A DNA stretch of 64,000 nucleotides, from positions 64,001 to 128,000 of the forward strand of contig JBGFSC010000010.1 in NCBI GenBank assembly GCA_041694815.1, written 5' to 3'. This stretch comes from Elusimicrobiota bacterium. Its GTDB lineage: Bacteria > Elusimicrobiota > Elusimicrobia > UBA1565 > JACRDR01. The notes under the pieces were generated by a model. It did not search any database, was not told where the DNA came from, and saw only the letters and a program-made list of their open reading frames with translations. Every line of letters begins with the position of its first letter. Position 1 is the first letter of the stretch. This document shows, piece by piece, positions 49,217 to 59,076 of this stretch. The translations under genes were made by a program, and so were the position numbers.

Positions 49217-49639
49217 CTAAGCCTTTTGCTGTTTCCGTTGGGCGGCCTTCTCCAGGAGGGTCTTCTTGAGCAGTGGCTGCAGTTCGAGCAATTTCTGGAA
49301 GGAGGCGCTGGGGATCATCAGGACCTCGGTGGCGTCCTCCTGCGCCTTGATCGTCAAGTCCGAGGCCGAATTGTCCAAAAGCGATATTTCGCCGAAAAAA
49401 TCGCCGGCCTTGAGCTCGATTTGGATCGGGCCCTCCTTGGTCTTTCCGCTCGCGGAGGCCTTCCCCTTCTTGATGATATAGAAGCCGCTGGAGATCTCGC
49501 CCTTGAGCATGACGGTCTGTCCGTTGGCGTACTGGGCGCGCTCGATGTCCGGGGTGACCTTGCGCAGTTGCTCCTCGTTGAAAAAAGAGAGAACGTCGAC
49601 CTGGGTCTTCAAGAAAATCGTGTCATTGTACTGGGACAT
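49217..49639 (-). CDS. Stand-alone cyclic nucleotide-binding domain protein
   Basis: FYIIKKG, GDFFGEISL; GGAGGTG RBS; TGTTATAAT at 49670-49662. Confidence 0.87.
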   Translation of the reverse strand: MSQYNDTIFLKTQVDVLSFFNEEQLRKVTPDIERAQYANGQTVMLKGEISSGFYIIKKGKASASGKTKEGPIQIELKAGDFFGEISLLDNSASDLTIKAQEDATEVLMIPSASFQKLLELQPLLKKTLLEKAAQRKQQKA

Positions 49640-49696
49640 GCGTTCACCTCCGACTCTGAGAATTATAACAGTTCCCCGCAGACGGTGCCAGGCATC

Positions 49697-49723
49697 CACT
49701 TTCTTCACTTTCTCAACTTTCCC
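49697..49723. repeat. Three tandem 9-mers
   Basis: CACTTTCTT CACTTTCTC AACTTTCCC. Confidence 0.7.
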
Positions 49724-49736
49724 TACGACACAACGG

Positions 49737-49963
49737 CAACTTTTACGCGCCTCGGGCGCGTGGCTCGGCGCAAACAACCGCGCCGAGCGCGGGAATTCTC
49801 GCGAGAAACTCGAGCTTCGTCGCGCTTCGCGCGACGAAGCACGGCGCCGACACTCCGGTCGGCGCCAAGTCCGTTGTTTGTACAGCGGGGCACACCGACA
49901 ACTTTTACGCGCACTTGTAGCGTGGTTTTGAGCCTGCGGCGCCGAGCGCAGGATTCCTCGCGA
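49737..49963. repeat. Degenerate direct repeat enclosing a hairpin cluster
   Basis: CAACTTTTACGCGC at 49737 and 49899; GCGCCGAGCGC.GGA.T.CTCGCGA at 49780 and 49939; perfect stems at 49763-49788, 49814-49840 and 49843-49866. Confidence 0.75.
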
Positions 49964-50034
49964 CTTATTCCGGCATCTAAAACTTACAACCCCGTCACCG
50001 ACTGTGGCGCGGCGATTATGGCAAAATCGCCGCC

Positions 50035-52713
50035 GTGAAACCGGCGCAGGAATTAAGCAGCTTGAGCCTCCCTTTTTTAGAGTCGGTCTACGCCGATTTT
50101 CTTCGGAATCCCGATTCTATCGAAGGCTCCTGGCAGCGGGTCTTCTCCTCCCTCCTCCCCGATGGGCGCCGGGAAGGCGACCAGGCTCGGGCCGCCGCGC
50201 GGCAGGAGCGCCTCGACAGGCTTTCCCGGGCCTACCGCGTCCTCGGCCATCGGGCGGCGTATATCAACCCCTTGGCCGAGCCGCCTACCGCTCTCGCCGA
50301 CCTGGAACCGGCGCGCTACGGGCTGCAGGAGGAGGATCTTGACGCCCCGCTTGGAGAGAGCACGATACGCCGCCAAATCGAACGGCTCCGGAACACCTAT
50401 TGCCGCTCCATCGGCGTGCAGTTCATGCATATAGAGGGGCCCGCGGCGGGCTGGCTTCAAGAACGTATGGAATCCTGCGAAAACCGGATTGAGCTCTCCC
50501 GTGAGCAGCGCCTGAAGATGCTCGAACGCCTAAGCGTCGCCTCCGTGTTCGAGCAATTCCTGCAAAAAAAATTCATCGGCTCCAAAACCTTCTCCTTGGA
50601 AGGCTGCGAGAGCCTCATCCCCCTGTTGGATCTGGCTTTCGAGGAAGCCGCCTCAGAAGGGGTCCGCGAGATCGTCATCGGGATGGCCCACCGCGGCCGT
50701 CTCAACGTGATGGCGAACGTCGTCGGCCAGCCGCTCGTCGAGCTGCTGCGGATGTTCGTCAAGGGCTTGCCCAACGGGCACGCGGGGGACGTCCAATACC
50801 ATCAAGGGTTCAGCGGCGACCTGCGCGCGGGGGGCCGCGAGCTCCACGTTTCGCTCACCTTCAATCCCAGCCATCTGGAATTCGTGGGCCCGGTGGTGAT
50901 GGGCCGGGTGCGGGCCAAGCAGGACCGCGCCAGCGACGGCGGACGCCGCCGTTGCCTCGGGGTGCTCATACACGGCGACGCCGCCTTCGCCGGCGAGGGC
51001 GTCGTACAGGAGTCGCTCAACCTCAGCGGGCTGGAGGCCTATAGGACCGGAGGGACCTTGCACATCATCGTCAACAACCAGATCGGCTTCACCACGCCGC
51101 CCGCCGAGGGCCGCTCGAGCCTTTACGCGACGGACGTGGCCCGGATGCTGCAAGTCCCGATCTTCCACGTCAACGGCGAGGACCCCGAGGCCGTAGCCCA
51201 TGTCGTGCGCCTGGCGATGAGCTTCCGTTCCACGTTCAGGCGGGACGCGATCATCGACCTCTACGGCTACCGCCGCCGGGGCCACAACGAAGGGGACGAT
51301 CCGGCGTTCACGCAACCGTTGATGGTCCGGCGCATCGAAAGCCGCAAGCCGGTCTGGGAACAGTACCTCCAGCGCCTCTCCGGCAAGGACGGGATCTCTA
51401 CCGATACGGCCGAGCGGCTGCGCGGCGACGCCCGCGCCCGGCTGGAGCAGGCCTTGACCGAGGCCCGCTCCTTGAGCCGGCCTCCCGCTCGCCGGCCGGC
51501 GGGGGCCTGGGCCGATTACCGGGGCGGGCCGGAGGATGATTCGGAAGAAATCGACAGCGCGGTGCCGCGGCAGGACCTGTCGCGATGGCTCAAATCCCTG
51601 GCGGGGCTTCCCGACGGATTCCAGCCGCACCCGCGGATCCGAGCGGGACTCGACTCCCGCCGGCGCATGGCGGAGGCCGAAGAGCCGCTCGATTGGTCCG
51701 CGGCCGAGGCGCTGGCCTTCGCCAGCCTCGCGGCCCAGGGCGTGCGCGTGCGCCTGGCCGGACAAGACAGCGCCCGCGGCACCTTCAGCCAACGCCACGC
51801 CGTCTTGTTCGACCGCCGGGACGGACGGGCGTACTGTCCCCTCCAGCACGTCCAGGACGGCCAGGCCCCCGTGGAAATTCTCAACAGCCCGCTCTGCGAG
51901 GCCGCAGCGCTGGCCTACGAATACGGATACAGCCTCGACTTCCCGGACGCGCTGGTGCTCTGGGAAGCCCAGTACGGAGATTTCTGCAACGCCGCCCAGG
52001 TGATCGTAGATCAGTTCCTCTCGAGCGCCGAGGCCAAATGGAGGCGGCTGTCGGGACTGACACTGCTCTTGCCCCACGGGCTCGAGGGCACGGGGCCAGA
52101 GCACGCGAGCGCGCGCCCCGAGCGATTCCTCTCTTTAGCCGCGCAAGACAATATCCAGATCGTCTGCCCAAGCACCCCCGCCCAGTACTTCCACTGCCTG
52201 CGCCGTCAAGCCCTGCGGCGCTGGCGCAAGCCGCTGGTCGTTCTTACACCCAAGAGCCTGCTTCGGAGAAGGGAAAGCTTCAGCGCACTCGAGGAGCTGG
52301 CTTCCGGTTCCTTCCAGCGCGCGCTGCCCGACGCTCGGGCGCCGGGCACCGAGACCAGACGGGTCCTGCTCTGCAGCGGGAAAATCTACTACGAACTCAT
52401 CCGCGGCCGCGAGGAACACGGGCATCGGGACGTCGCGATCGCCCGCCTCGAGCAGCTCTACCCCCTCCGCGAGCAGACCCTCCGCTCGGTGCTCGACGCC
52501 TATCCGCCTTCGCTTCCGATCGCCTGGGTCCAGGAGGAATGCGAGAATATGGGCGCCTGGCCGGCCCTTCGCTTTCGCTTCGCGAACGAGCTGCTCGGCC
52601 ACCCGTTTTCCGGAGTGCATCGGCCGGCCTCTCCCTGCCCGGCCGAAGCCGGAGAGGCGGCCCACCGCCAGAGCCAGCAGGAGTTGATCCGCAGGGCCTT
52701 CGAGGAGAAATAG
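50035..52713 (+). CDS. sucA: 2-oxoglutarate dehydrogenase E1
   Basis: [52 protein letters not shown]. Confidence 0.95.
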   Translation: MKPAQELSSLSLPFLESVYADFLRNPDSIEGSWQRVFSSLLPDGRREGDQARAAARQERLDRLSRAYRVLGHRAAYINPLAEPPTALADLEPARYGLQEEDLDAPLGESTIRRQIERLRNTYCRSIGVQFMHIEGPAAGWLQERMESCENRIELSREQRLKMLERLSVASVFEQFLQKKFIGSKTFSLEGCESLIPLLDLAFEEAASEGVREIVIGMAHRGRLNVMANVVGQPLVELLRMFVKGLPNGHAGDVQYHQGFSGDLRAGGRELHVSLTFNPSHLEFVGPVVMGRVRAKQDRASDGGRRRCLGVLIHGDAAFAGEGVVQESLNLSGLEAYRTGGTLHIIVNNQIGFTTPPAEGRSSLYATDVARMLQVPIFHVNGEDPEAVAHVVRLAMSFRSTFRRDAIIDLYGYRRRGHNEGDDPAFTQPLMVRRIESRKPVWEQYLQRLSGKDGISTDTAERLRGDARARLEQALTEARSLSRPPARRPAGAWADYRGGPEDDSEEIDSAVPRQDLSRWLKSLAGLPDGFQPHPRIRAGLDSRRRMAEAEEPLDWSAAEALAFASLAAQGVRVRLAGQDSARGTFSQRHAVLFDRRDGRAYCPLQHVQDGQAPVEILNSPLCEAAALAYEYGYSLDFPDALVLWEAQYGDFCNAAQVIVDQFLSSAEAKWRRLSGLTLLLPHGLEGTGPEHASARPERFLSLAAQDNIQIVCPSTPAQYFHCLRRQALRRWRKPLVVLTPKSLLRRRESFSALEELASGSFQRALPDARAPGTETRRVLLCSGKIYYELIRGREEHGHRDVAIARLEQLYPLREQTLRSVLDAYPPSLPIAWVQEECENMGAWPALRFRFANELLGHPFSGVHRPASPCPAEAGEAAHRQSQQELIRRAFEEK

Positions 52714-52714
52714 C

Positions 52715-53815
52715 ATGGACATACAAATCCCATCCGTCGGAGAATCGATTAGCGAGGTGCGCGTCGTAAAATGGCTCAAACGCCCCGGAGATTCCGTCGC
52801 CCAGGACGAGGATATCGTCGAGCTCGAGACCGACAAGGCCAGCCTCAACCTGCCAGCCCCCGCCGCGGGGGTCCTGGGAGAGATACTCAAAAAAGAAGGA
52901 GAAAAGGCTCGGATCGGCGAGACGATAGCACGGCTCGATGAGAAAGGCTCGCCGGGGGAGGCCCCTGAACGCGGCGATGAGTCCGAGCCCGTCGCGCAAG
53001 CGGAGGCCAGGGCCCAGGGCCCCACGCCCGTCCAAGAGAAGGCTACAGAACCCCGCCGCGTCAACGGAAAGGCCAAGACGCAGGTTCAGGAGCGACCGCA
53101 AGCCCGGAAAGCGAGCGACGGGGAACGGGCGGTTCCCTTGAGTCCCCTGCGCAAGCAGATCGCCCGGAGGTTAGTGGAGGCGCAGCGCCAGGCGGCGCTA
53201 CTAACCACCTTCAACGAGATCGACCTATCCGCCGTCAACGCGGCGCGCGCGCGCTACCGGCGATATTTCGAGGACCGGCACGGCGCGGGCTTGGGCCTAA
53301 TGCCGTTCTTCATTAAGGCGGTCGTCGACGCGCTCAAGGCCCTCCCGCAGCTCAACGCGGAACTGCGCGGCGAGGAGCTGGTGTTCAAGGACCGCTACGA
53401 CATCGGAGTCGCCGTCGCCTCCGAAAAGGGCCTGCTGGTCCCCGTGATCCGGGGTGCCGATCGGCTCGGTTTCCTGGAGATCGAGCAGACCCTCGAACGG
53501 CTGGCCAAGGCCGCGCGGGAGAACCGGATCTCCCCGGAGGAGCTCTCGGGCGGGACCTTCACGATCACCAACGGCGGGGTCTACGGCTCGCTCCTGTCGA
53601 CTCCCATCGTCAACCCGCCGCAAAGCGGAATACTCGGGATGCACCAGATCCAGGAAAGGCCGGTGGCCCGCGACGGCGAGGTGCTCATCCGCCCGATGAT
53701 GTATGTCGCGCTCACCTACGATCACCGCGTCGTCGATGGAAAGGAAGCCATAGGGTTCTTGCGCCGCGTCAAGGAAATCGTCGAGGATCCCTTGCGCCTA
53801 TTGCTGGAGGTTTGA
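52715..53815 (+). CDS. sucB: Dihydrolipoamide succinyltransferase E2
   Basis: Lipoyl [33 protein letters not shown]. Confidence 0.95.
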   Translation: MDIQIPSVGESISEVRVVKWLKRPGDSVAQDEDIVELETDKASLNLPAPAAGVLGEILKKEGEKARIGETIARLDEKGSPGEAPERGDESEPVAQAEARAQGPTPVQEKATEPRRVNGKAKTQVQERPQARKASDGERAVPLSPLRKQIARRLVEAQRQAALLTTFNEIDLSAVNAARARYRRYFEDRHGAGLGLMPFFIKAVVDALKALPQLNAELRGEELVFKDRYDIGVAVASEKGLLVPVIRGADRLGFLEIEQTLERLAKAARENRISPEELSGGTFTITNGGVYGSLLSTPIVNPPQSGILGMHQIQERPVARDGEVLIRPMMYVALTYDHRVVDGKEAIGFLRRVKEIVEDPLRLLLEV

Positions 53816-55762
53816 ATGAAAAAGACGCTGACCCACAAGCTCGTCGAGTCGCACTGTCTCGAAGGGGAGATGAGGCCCGGCTCCGAGATCGCGCTCAAGA
53901 TCGACCAGACGCTCACCCAGGACGCGACGGGGACCCTGGTCATGCTCGAGCTCGAGGCCATGGGCGTGCGCCGCGCGCGGACGGAGGTCTCCGCGCAATA
54001 CGTCGACCACAACCTCCTTCAGGAGGACCATAAAAACCCCGACGACCACCTCTTCCTCCGGAGCGCCTGCAGGCGCTTCGGCGTCTGGTACAGCCCGCCA
54101 GGCAACGGGGTCAGCCATCCGGTTCATCAGGAACGCTTCGGAAAACCGGGCAAGACGCTGCTTGGCTCCGACAGCCATACGCCCGCCGCGGGCTCGATCG
54201 CGATGCTGGCCATCGGCGCCGGAGGCATCGAGGTCGCCCTGGCCATGGCCGGCGAGCCGTACTACCTCGCGATGCCGAAGGTCTGGGGCGTGCGACTGAC
54301 GGGCCGACTGCCGGATTGGGTCAGCGCCAAGGACGTCATCCTCGAGATGCTGCGCCGCCACGGCGTCGACGGCGGGACCGGATACGTCCTCGAGTATTTC
54401 GGCCCGGGGCTCGAACGCCTGTCGGCGATGGACCGGCATGTGATCGCCAATATGGGCGCCGAATTGGGCGCTACGAGCTCGGTGTTCCCGTCGGACGAGG
54501 CCACGCGGCGCTTCCTCATCGCCCAAGGCCGGGGCGGGGACTGGACGCCGCTGGCGGCCGACCCGGACGCCGAGTACGATCGAATCGAGGAGATCGATCT
54601 CTCGGCGCTCGAGCCGCTGATCGCGATGCCCCAGAGCCCGGGCAACGTCAAGACGGTCCGCGAAGTGGCGGGACGCGAGATTTACCAGGCCTACGTGGGA
54701 TCGTCGGCCAATCCCGGCTACCGCGATTTCGCCATCGCCGCCGAGATCGTGCGCGGGCGCCGGGTCCACAATAAGGTTTCCTTTGATATCAACCCGACCT
54801 CCCGCCAGATCCTCGAGAACTTAGTCAAGGACGGGCAGATACTCTCGCTCTTGCACGCCGGCGCGAGACTGCACCAGGCCGGCTGCAACGGCTGCATCGG
54901 CATGGGCCAGGCCCCGGCCAGCGGGAAGCTCAGCCTGCGCACCGTCCCGCGCAATTTCCCCGGGCGCTCGGGGGAGCGCGACGATCAGGTCTGCCTGGTG
55001 AGCCCCGAGACGGCGGCCGCCTCGGCGCTGACCGGGGTGATCACCGACCCCCGCAGCATCGGCCGCCCCTATCCCCGGGTGGCGGAGCCCGACCGCCCGC
55101 TCATCAACCAGGACTCCCTGATGCCCCCCCTGCCCGAGGAGGAGGCCGCGCGGGTCGAGCTCGAGAAAGGGCCGAACATCGCGGCCCTGCCTCAATTCGG
55201 CGAGCTCGAGGACCAATTGGAGCTGCCGGTGATGCTCAAAGTCAAAGACGACGTCTCAACCGACGAGATCATGCCGGCGGGAGCCCAGGTGCTTCCCTTC
55301 CGAAGCAATATCCCCCGACTGAGCGACTTCGCCTTCGAGCGGATCGATCCGAGCTATCCTCGCCGAGCGCGGGAGCGGGGACCGGCGGGGCATGCCGTCA
55401 TCGGCGGGCGCAATTACGGGCAAGGCTCCTCCCGCGAGCACGCGGCCCTCGTCCCCAGGGCGCTGGGCCTTAAATTGCTGCTGGCCAAGAGCTTCGCCCG
55501 CATCCATTGGCAGAACCTGGTCAACTTCGGCATACTGCCGCTCGTCTTCGACGACTTGGCAGACTATGACTGGCTCAAGGCGGGCGAGACGTTACGGATC
55601 AAGGACCTGCGCCGCAGCATCCAGGCCGGCAGCGTCATCAATATCAGCACGCCGCAGCGCGCCTTCCGGGCGAGGCATAATCTCTCGGGGCGTCAGGCGC
55701 AGGTGCTATTGGCGGGAGGGCTGATCCACTGGGCGAAGGAAAAACAACACGCGCGACACTAA
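53816..55762 (+). CDS. Aconitate hydratase (short, archaeal/Aquifex-like type)
   Basis: TQDATG, YVDHN, DSHT, CNGCIGMG, RNFPGRSG, NYGQGSSREHAA. Confidence 0.9.
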   Translation: MKKTLTHKLVESHCLEGEMRPGSEIALKIDQTLTQDATGTLVMLELEAMGVRRARTEVSAQYVDHNLLQEDHKNPDDHLFLRSACRRFGVWYSPPGNGVSHPVHQERFGKPGKTLLGSDSHTPAAGSIAMLAIGAGGIEVALAMAGEPYYLAMPKVWGVRLTGRLPDWVSAKDVILEMLRRHGVDGGTGYVLEYFGPGLERLSAMDRHVIANMGAELGATSSVFPSDEATRRFLIAQGRGGDWTPLAADPDAEYDRIEEIDLSALEPLIAMPQSPGNVKTVREVAGREIYQAYVGSSANPGYRDFAIAAEIVRGRRVHNKVSFDINPTSRQILENLVKDGQILSLLHAGARLHQAGCNGCIGMGQAPASGKLSLRTVPRNFPGRSGERDDQVCLVSPETAAASALTGVITDPRSIGRPYPRVAEPDRPLINQDSLMPPLPEEEAARVELEKGPNIAALPQFGELEDQLELPVMLKVKDDVSTDEIMPAGAQVLPFRSNIPRLSDFAFERIDPSYPRRARERGPAGHAVIGGRNYGQGSSREHAALVPRALGLKLLLAKSFARIHWQNLVNFGILPLVFDDLADYDWLKAGETLRIKDLRRSIQAGSVINISTPQRAFRARHNLSGRQAQVLLAGGLIHWAKEKQHARH

Positions 55763-56055
55763 GGATGGTCGGTGATAGCGATGACGCTGATCTGTCCATT
55801 CTTGGGACCGTAATGCCAAAAGATGCGGTAGGCGGCGGGCGTGTTGTTTTCGACGTAGGCCTCAAAGACCTCCTCGCCGTTGGGGCCTCGGAGAGAATCG
55901 TATTTATGAGTATTAAGACTCGGGTGCCTGAGATTGGTTTCCATTAATCCCAGGGCCTTCTTTACGGCTTTCCAACGCCTGGCCAGCGCCGGATTTGCCC
56001 TCAGGGCTTCGCGCTGCGCCTCGGCCGTCGGCGTGTAGAGAAGCTCAAAATTCAA
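55759..56055 (-). CDS. Putative RelE-superfamily toxin
   Basis: 98 aa; RHPSLNTHK, EAYVEN, YRIFWHYG, ITDHP; TTG start overlaps the partner's stop. Confidence 0.68.
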   Translation of the reverse strand: MNFELLYTPTAEAQREALRANPALARRWKAVKKALGLMETNLRHPSLNTHKYDSLRGPNGEEVFEAYVENNTPAAYRIFWHYGPKNGQISVIAITDHP

Positions 56056-56354
56056 TCATCTTCCAGCACGTCGTCGGCATGCCTGGCAAAGCTCGGGCCC
56101 TTCTTTAGCTTCCCTTCTCTCGCTTCCTTGAGGCCCTTTCGAACCGAGGCGATCGCCGCCTTATTCTCATAAAGCCAGAGTTCCGAAGCGGGGACCATAA
56201 CTAAGGGATCCAATATCATCTGGCCCAAGGCGTTCTCGTAGACGCGGTACCTCTTTCTCAAGTCCGCATGCTTAAGGGTCACCCGACGCTTGCTGTCCGG
56301 GCGCACCTCGGCAATCTCAACAAAGTCTCCTTTCACAATTTGGGATGGACTCAT
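56052..56354 (-). CDS. Putative antitoxin
   Basis: 100 aa; AbrB-like DSKRRVTL; WLYEN..SVRKGLKEAREGK; acidic tail; lies upstream of the toxin. Confidence 0.65.
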   Translation of the reverse strand: MSPSQIVKGDFVEIAEVRPDSKRRVTLKHADLRKRYRVYENALGQMILDPLVMVPASELWLYENKAAIASVRKGLKEAREGKLKKGPSFARHADDVLEDD

Positions 56355-56355
56355 A

Positions 56356-56396
56356 TTCCCATTTTAGCTCAAGTGGGAAAATTCCGCAAGTGGGAA
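56356..56396 (-). promoter_or_regulatory. Putative TA operator repeats over the -10 element
   Basis: TTCCCATTT-N6-AAGTGGGAA inverted repeat (56356-56379, 1 mismatch) and a second AAGTGGGAA at 56388-56396; TAAAAT at 56366-56361. Confidence 0.6.
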
Positions 56397-56413
56397 TTTA
56401 GGCCTCGGAACCG

Positions 56414-57829
56414 CTAGCCGCTTCTTTTCGGCCTGAAGATATGGGTGCTCGACCCCTCGACGGACTCGGCGGCCTCCATGAGGGTCTCCGAAAGGGTCGG
56501 ATGCGGGTGAATGCTCAGCGCCATGTCCTGGGCCCGAGCCCCCATCTCGATGGCGAGCACCCCCTCGGAGATGAGCTCCCCGGCGCCCGGGCCGGCGATG
56601 CCGACTCCCAGTACCTGGGAGCTCTCGGGGTCGCATAAAATCTTGGTGACTCCGTCCGCGCGCCCCAAGGTCAGCGCGCGCCCGGAGGCGGCCCAGGGAA
56701 AACGCAGCGCCTTGACCGGGCGGTTTTCCTTAGCCGCTTGCGTCTCCGTCAGCCCGCACCAGGCGATCTCGGGATCGGTGAAGACCACCGCGGGGATGGC
56801 GCGGGGCTCGAAGGTGGCGCGCTTTCCGTGGGCGGCCTCGGCCGCGACCCGGCCTTGGTGGGTGGCCTTATGCGCCAGCATCGGCTCGCCGGCCACGTCG
56901 CCGATGGCGAAGATCGACGGCTCGGCGGTGCGCCCCTGCGCGTCGATCTTGATGAAGCCCTTGGGATCGATCTCGGCCCTCGTCGTCTCCAGGCCCAGGC
57001 CCGAGGAGTTCGGCTTGCGGCCGACCGAAACGAGCACCGCGTCGAAGAGCTCCGAGCCGGAGCCCTCCTTGCCCTCGAAACGCACGCGGATCCCCTCGGG
57101 CTCCTCCTGGAGGTCCAACACCTTCGTCTCGAGCAGGATCTTGGCGAATTTCCTCTCGAGTCGCCGCGCGAGGATGTTGACCAAGTCGCGGTCGGCGCCG
57201 GGGAGCAGCCCGTCGGTCATCTCGACGACGGTGATTCTCGAGCCCAGCTCCGAATAGACGGTCCCCAACTCCAGGCCGATGTAGCCCCCGCCGACGACGA
57301 GCAGGCTCTTCGGCACGCTCCTGAGCTCCAAGGCGCTGGTGGAATTGAGAAGCCGCGGAGACTCCAAGTTCCACTGGGGAAGTATCGCGGGGCGCGATCC
57401 CGTCGCGATGATCGCATGGTCGAACGATATTTTCTCCGGGGCTCCCGATTCCTTGTTGACCACCAAGGAATGAGGGTCCATGAGCACCGCGCGGCCTTGG
57501 ATGTACTCGATCTTGCGCTGCTTCGAGAGCATGCCCAGCCCGCCGGTCAATTTCCCGACCACCCCGTCCTTCCAGGCGCGCAGCCGCTCCACGTCGATCT
57601 TGGGCTCGCCGAAGGAGATGCCGAAGCCGCCGGCGTCCTTGGCCTCCGAGACTATTTTCGCCGCGTGCAGGAGCGCCTTCGACGGGATGCAGCCGCGGTA
57701 GAGGCAGACCCCCCCCGGATTGGGCTCGACGTCGATCAAGGCCGTCTGCAGGCCCAGGTCGGCGGCCAAAAAGGCCGCCGCGTAGCCGCCCGGACCCGCG
57801 CCGATCACCGCCAGTTGGACTTTTTTCAT
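56414..57829 (-). CDS. lpdA: Dihydrolipoamide dehydrogenase E3
   Basis: GAGPGGY, GGVCLYRGCIPSK, GGGYIGLE, HPHPTLSE. Confidence 0.97.
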   Translation of the reverse strand: MKKVQLAVIGAGPGGYAAAFLAADLGLQTALIDVEPNPGGVCLYRGCIPSKALLHAAKIVSEAKDAGGFGISFGEPKIDVERLRAWKDGVVGKLTGGLGMLSKQRKIEYIQGRAVLMDPHSLVVNKESGAPEKISFDHAIIATGSRPAILPQWNLESPRLLNSTSALELRSVPKSLLVVGGGYIGLELGTVYSELGSRITVVEMTDGLLPGADRDLVNILARRLERKFAKILLETKVLDLQEEPEGIRVRFEGKEGSGSELFDAVLVSVGRKPNSSGLGLETTRAEIDPKGFIKIDAQGRTAEPSIFAIGDVAGEPMLAHKATHQGRVAAEAAHGKRATFEPRAIPAVVFTDPEIAWCGLTETQAAKENRPVKALRFPWAASGRALTLGRADGVTKILCDPESSQVLGVGIAGPGAGELISEGVLAIEMGARAQDMALSIHPHPTLSETLMEAAESVEGSSTHIFRPKRSG

Positions 57830-59076
57830 GCCAACCCCTCGAAAACGAGTTTGAGCGGCTCCTCGAAGGCCTCGCAGACCCAGCGCAAAAATCGCGCGGC
57901 GTCGGCGCCGTCGATGACGCGATGATCGTAGGAGAGCGAAAGGGGCAGCATCGTCTGGGGCTCGAATTTGCCGCCGGCGTAGACCGGCTCGACCCGCGAG
58001 CGCGACATCCCCAAGATCGCGACCTCCGGCCAGTTCACGATCGGGGAAAAGTGGGTGCCCCCGATGCCGCCGAGATTGGTGACGGTGAAGCAGCCCCCCC
58101 GCATCTCCTCGAGCCCGAGCTTCTTGGCCTTCGCCTTCTCGGCCAACGCCGCGATCTCCTTGGAAATCGCGACGATGCCCTTCTTGTCGGCGTCGCGCAG
58201 CACGGGAACCAACAGCCCCCGCTCGGTGTCCACCGCGACGCCGATATGGCAGTATTTCTTGAGTACGATCTTAGATCCCGCCGAATCCACGCTCGCGTTG
58301 AATTGAGGAAAGCGCCTCAAAGCGGCGGCGGCGATCTTGACCGCCACGGCCGTCGCCGTGATCTTTACCCCGTTTTTGGAATGCGCCTTGCGCAGCCGCT
58401 CGACCTCATCCAAGCGGGCCGCGTCATGATGCGTGACATGGGGGATATTCGCCCAGGCGGCGCTCAAATGCTCCGCCGTCGCCCTGCGGATCTCGCTCAT
58501 CGGCTTGGATTCGACGGGCCCCCATCTCGAGAAATCGGGCAAGGCCGGCCCGGCCGTTTTTCCCGCCGCCGCAGGCGCCTCGGGCGGCGGCGCTTTCTGC
58601 GGCGGTCGGCGCTTAGCGAAGGCTTTGACGTCTTCGACCGTGATGCGCCCGCCGGGCCCCGTCCCCTTCACGCGGGACAGCTCGACTCCCAGCTCGCGCG
58701 AGAGGCGCCGCACCGACGGGGAGGCTTGGGCGTTCGACATCGCGTCCCAATCGCCGGGCTCCGCCTCGGGGGCTGCGGGAGCGGCGGTCGGCGACTCGGC
58801 TCCACGGGGCCCGGGCGCTTCGGAAGGCGCGGCGGCCCCGCTGCCCTCCGCCACGAAAAGCAGCTGTCCGGGAGAGACCTTGTCGCCGGCCTTCACCTTG
58901 ACTTCCAGCACCTTCCCGCTGACGGTGGAGGGGACCTCGATGGCCGCCTTGTCGGTCTCCACCTCCACGACGCCTTGATCCTTGGCTACCTCGGCGCCCG
59001 CGGAAACCAGCACGCGGGTCACGGTGCCGGCGTGCACGTTCTCGCCCAGTTCGGGAAGCCTGCATTCGAGCCTCAT
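57826..59076 (-). CDS. aceF: Pyruvate dehydrogenase E2 (single lipoyl domain)
   Basis: ETDKA, ASPSVRRL..GTGPGGRI, SYDHRVIDGA. Confidence 0.93.
   Translation of the reverse strand: MRLECRLPELGENVHAGTVTRVLVSAGAEVAKDQGVVEVETDKAAIEVPSTVSGKVLEVKVKAGDKVSPGQLLFVAEGSGAAAPSEAPGPRGAESPTAAPAAPEAEPGDWDAMSNAQASPSVRRLSRELGVELSRVKGTGPGGRITVEDVKAFAKRRPPQKAPPPEAPAAAGKTAGPALPDFSRWGPVESKPMSEIRRATAEHLSAAWANIPHVTHHDAARLDEVERLRKAHSKNGVKITATAVAVKIAAAALRRFPQFNASVDSAGSKIVLKKYCHIGVAVDTERGLLVPVLRDADKKGIVAISKEIAALAEKAKAKKLGLEEMRGGCFTVTNLGGIGGTHFSPIVNWPEVAILGMSRSRVEPVYAGGKFEPQTMLPLSLSYDHRVIDGADAARFLRWVCEAFEEPLKLVFEGLA

Noticed and set aside
49677..49690. Sigma54-like TGGCAC..TGC on the minus strand
   Set aside because: GG-to-GC spacing is 8 nt rather than the required 10.
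49737..49963. Mini CRISPR array
   Set aside because: Only two degenerate copies about 160 bp apart, wrong periodicity, and no cas genes.
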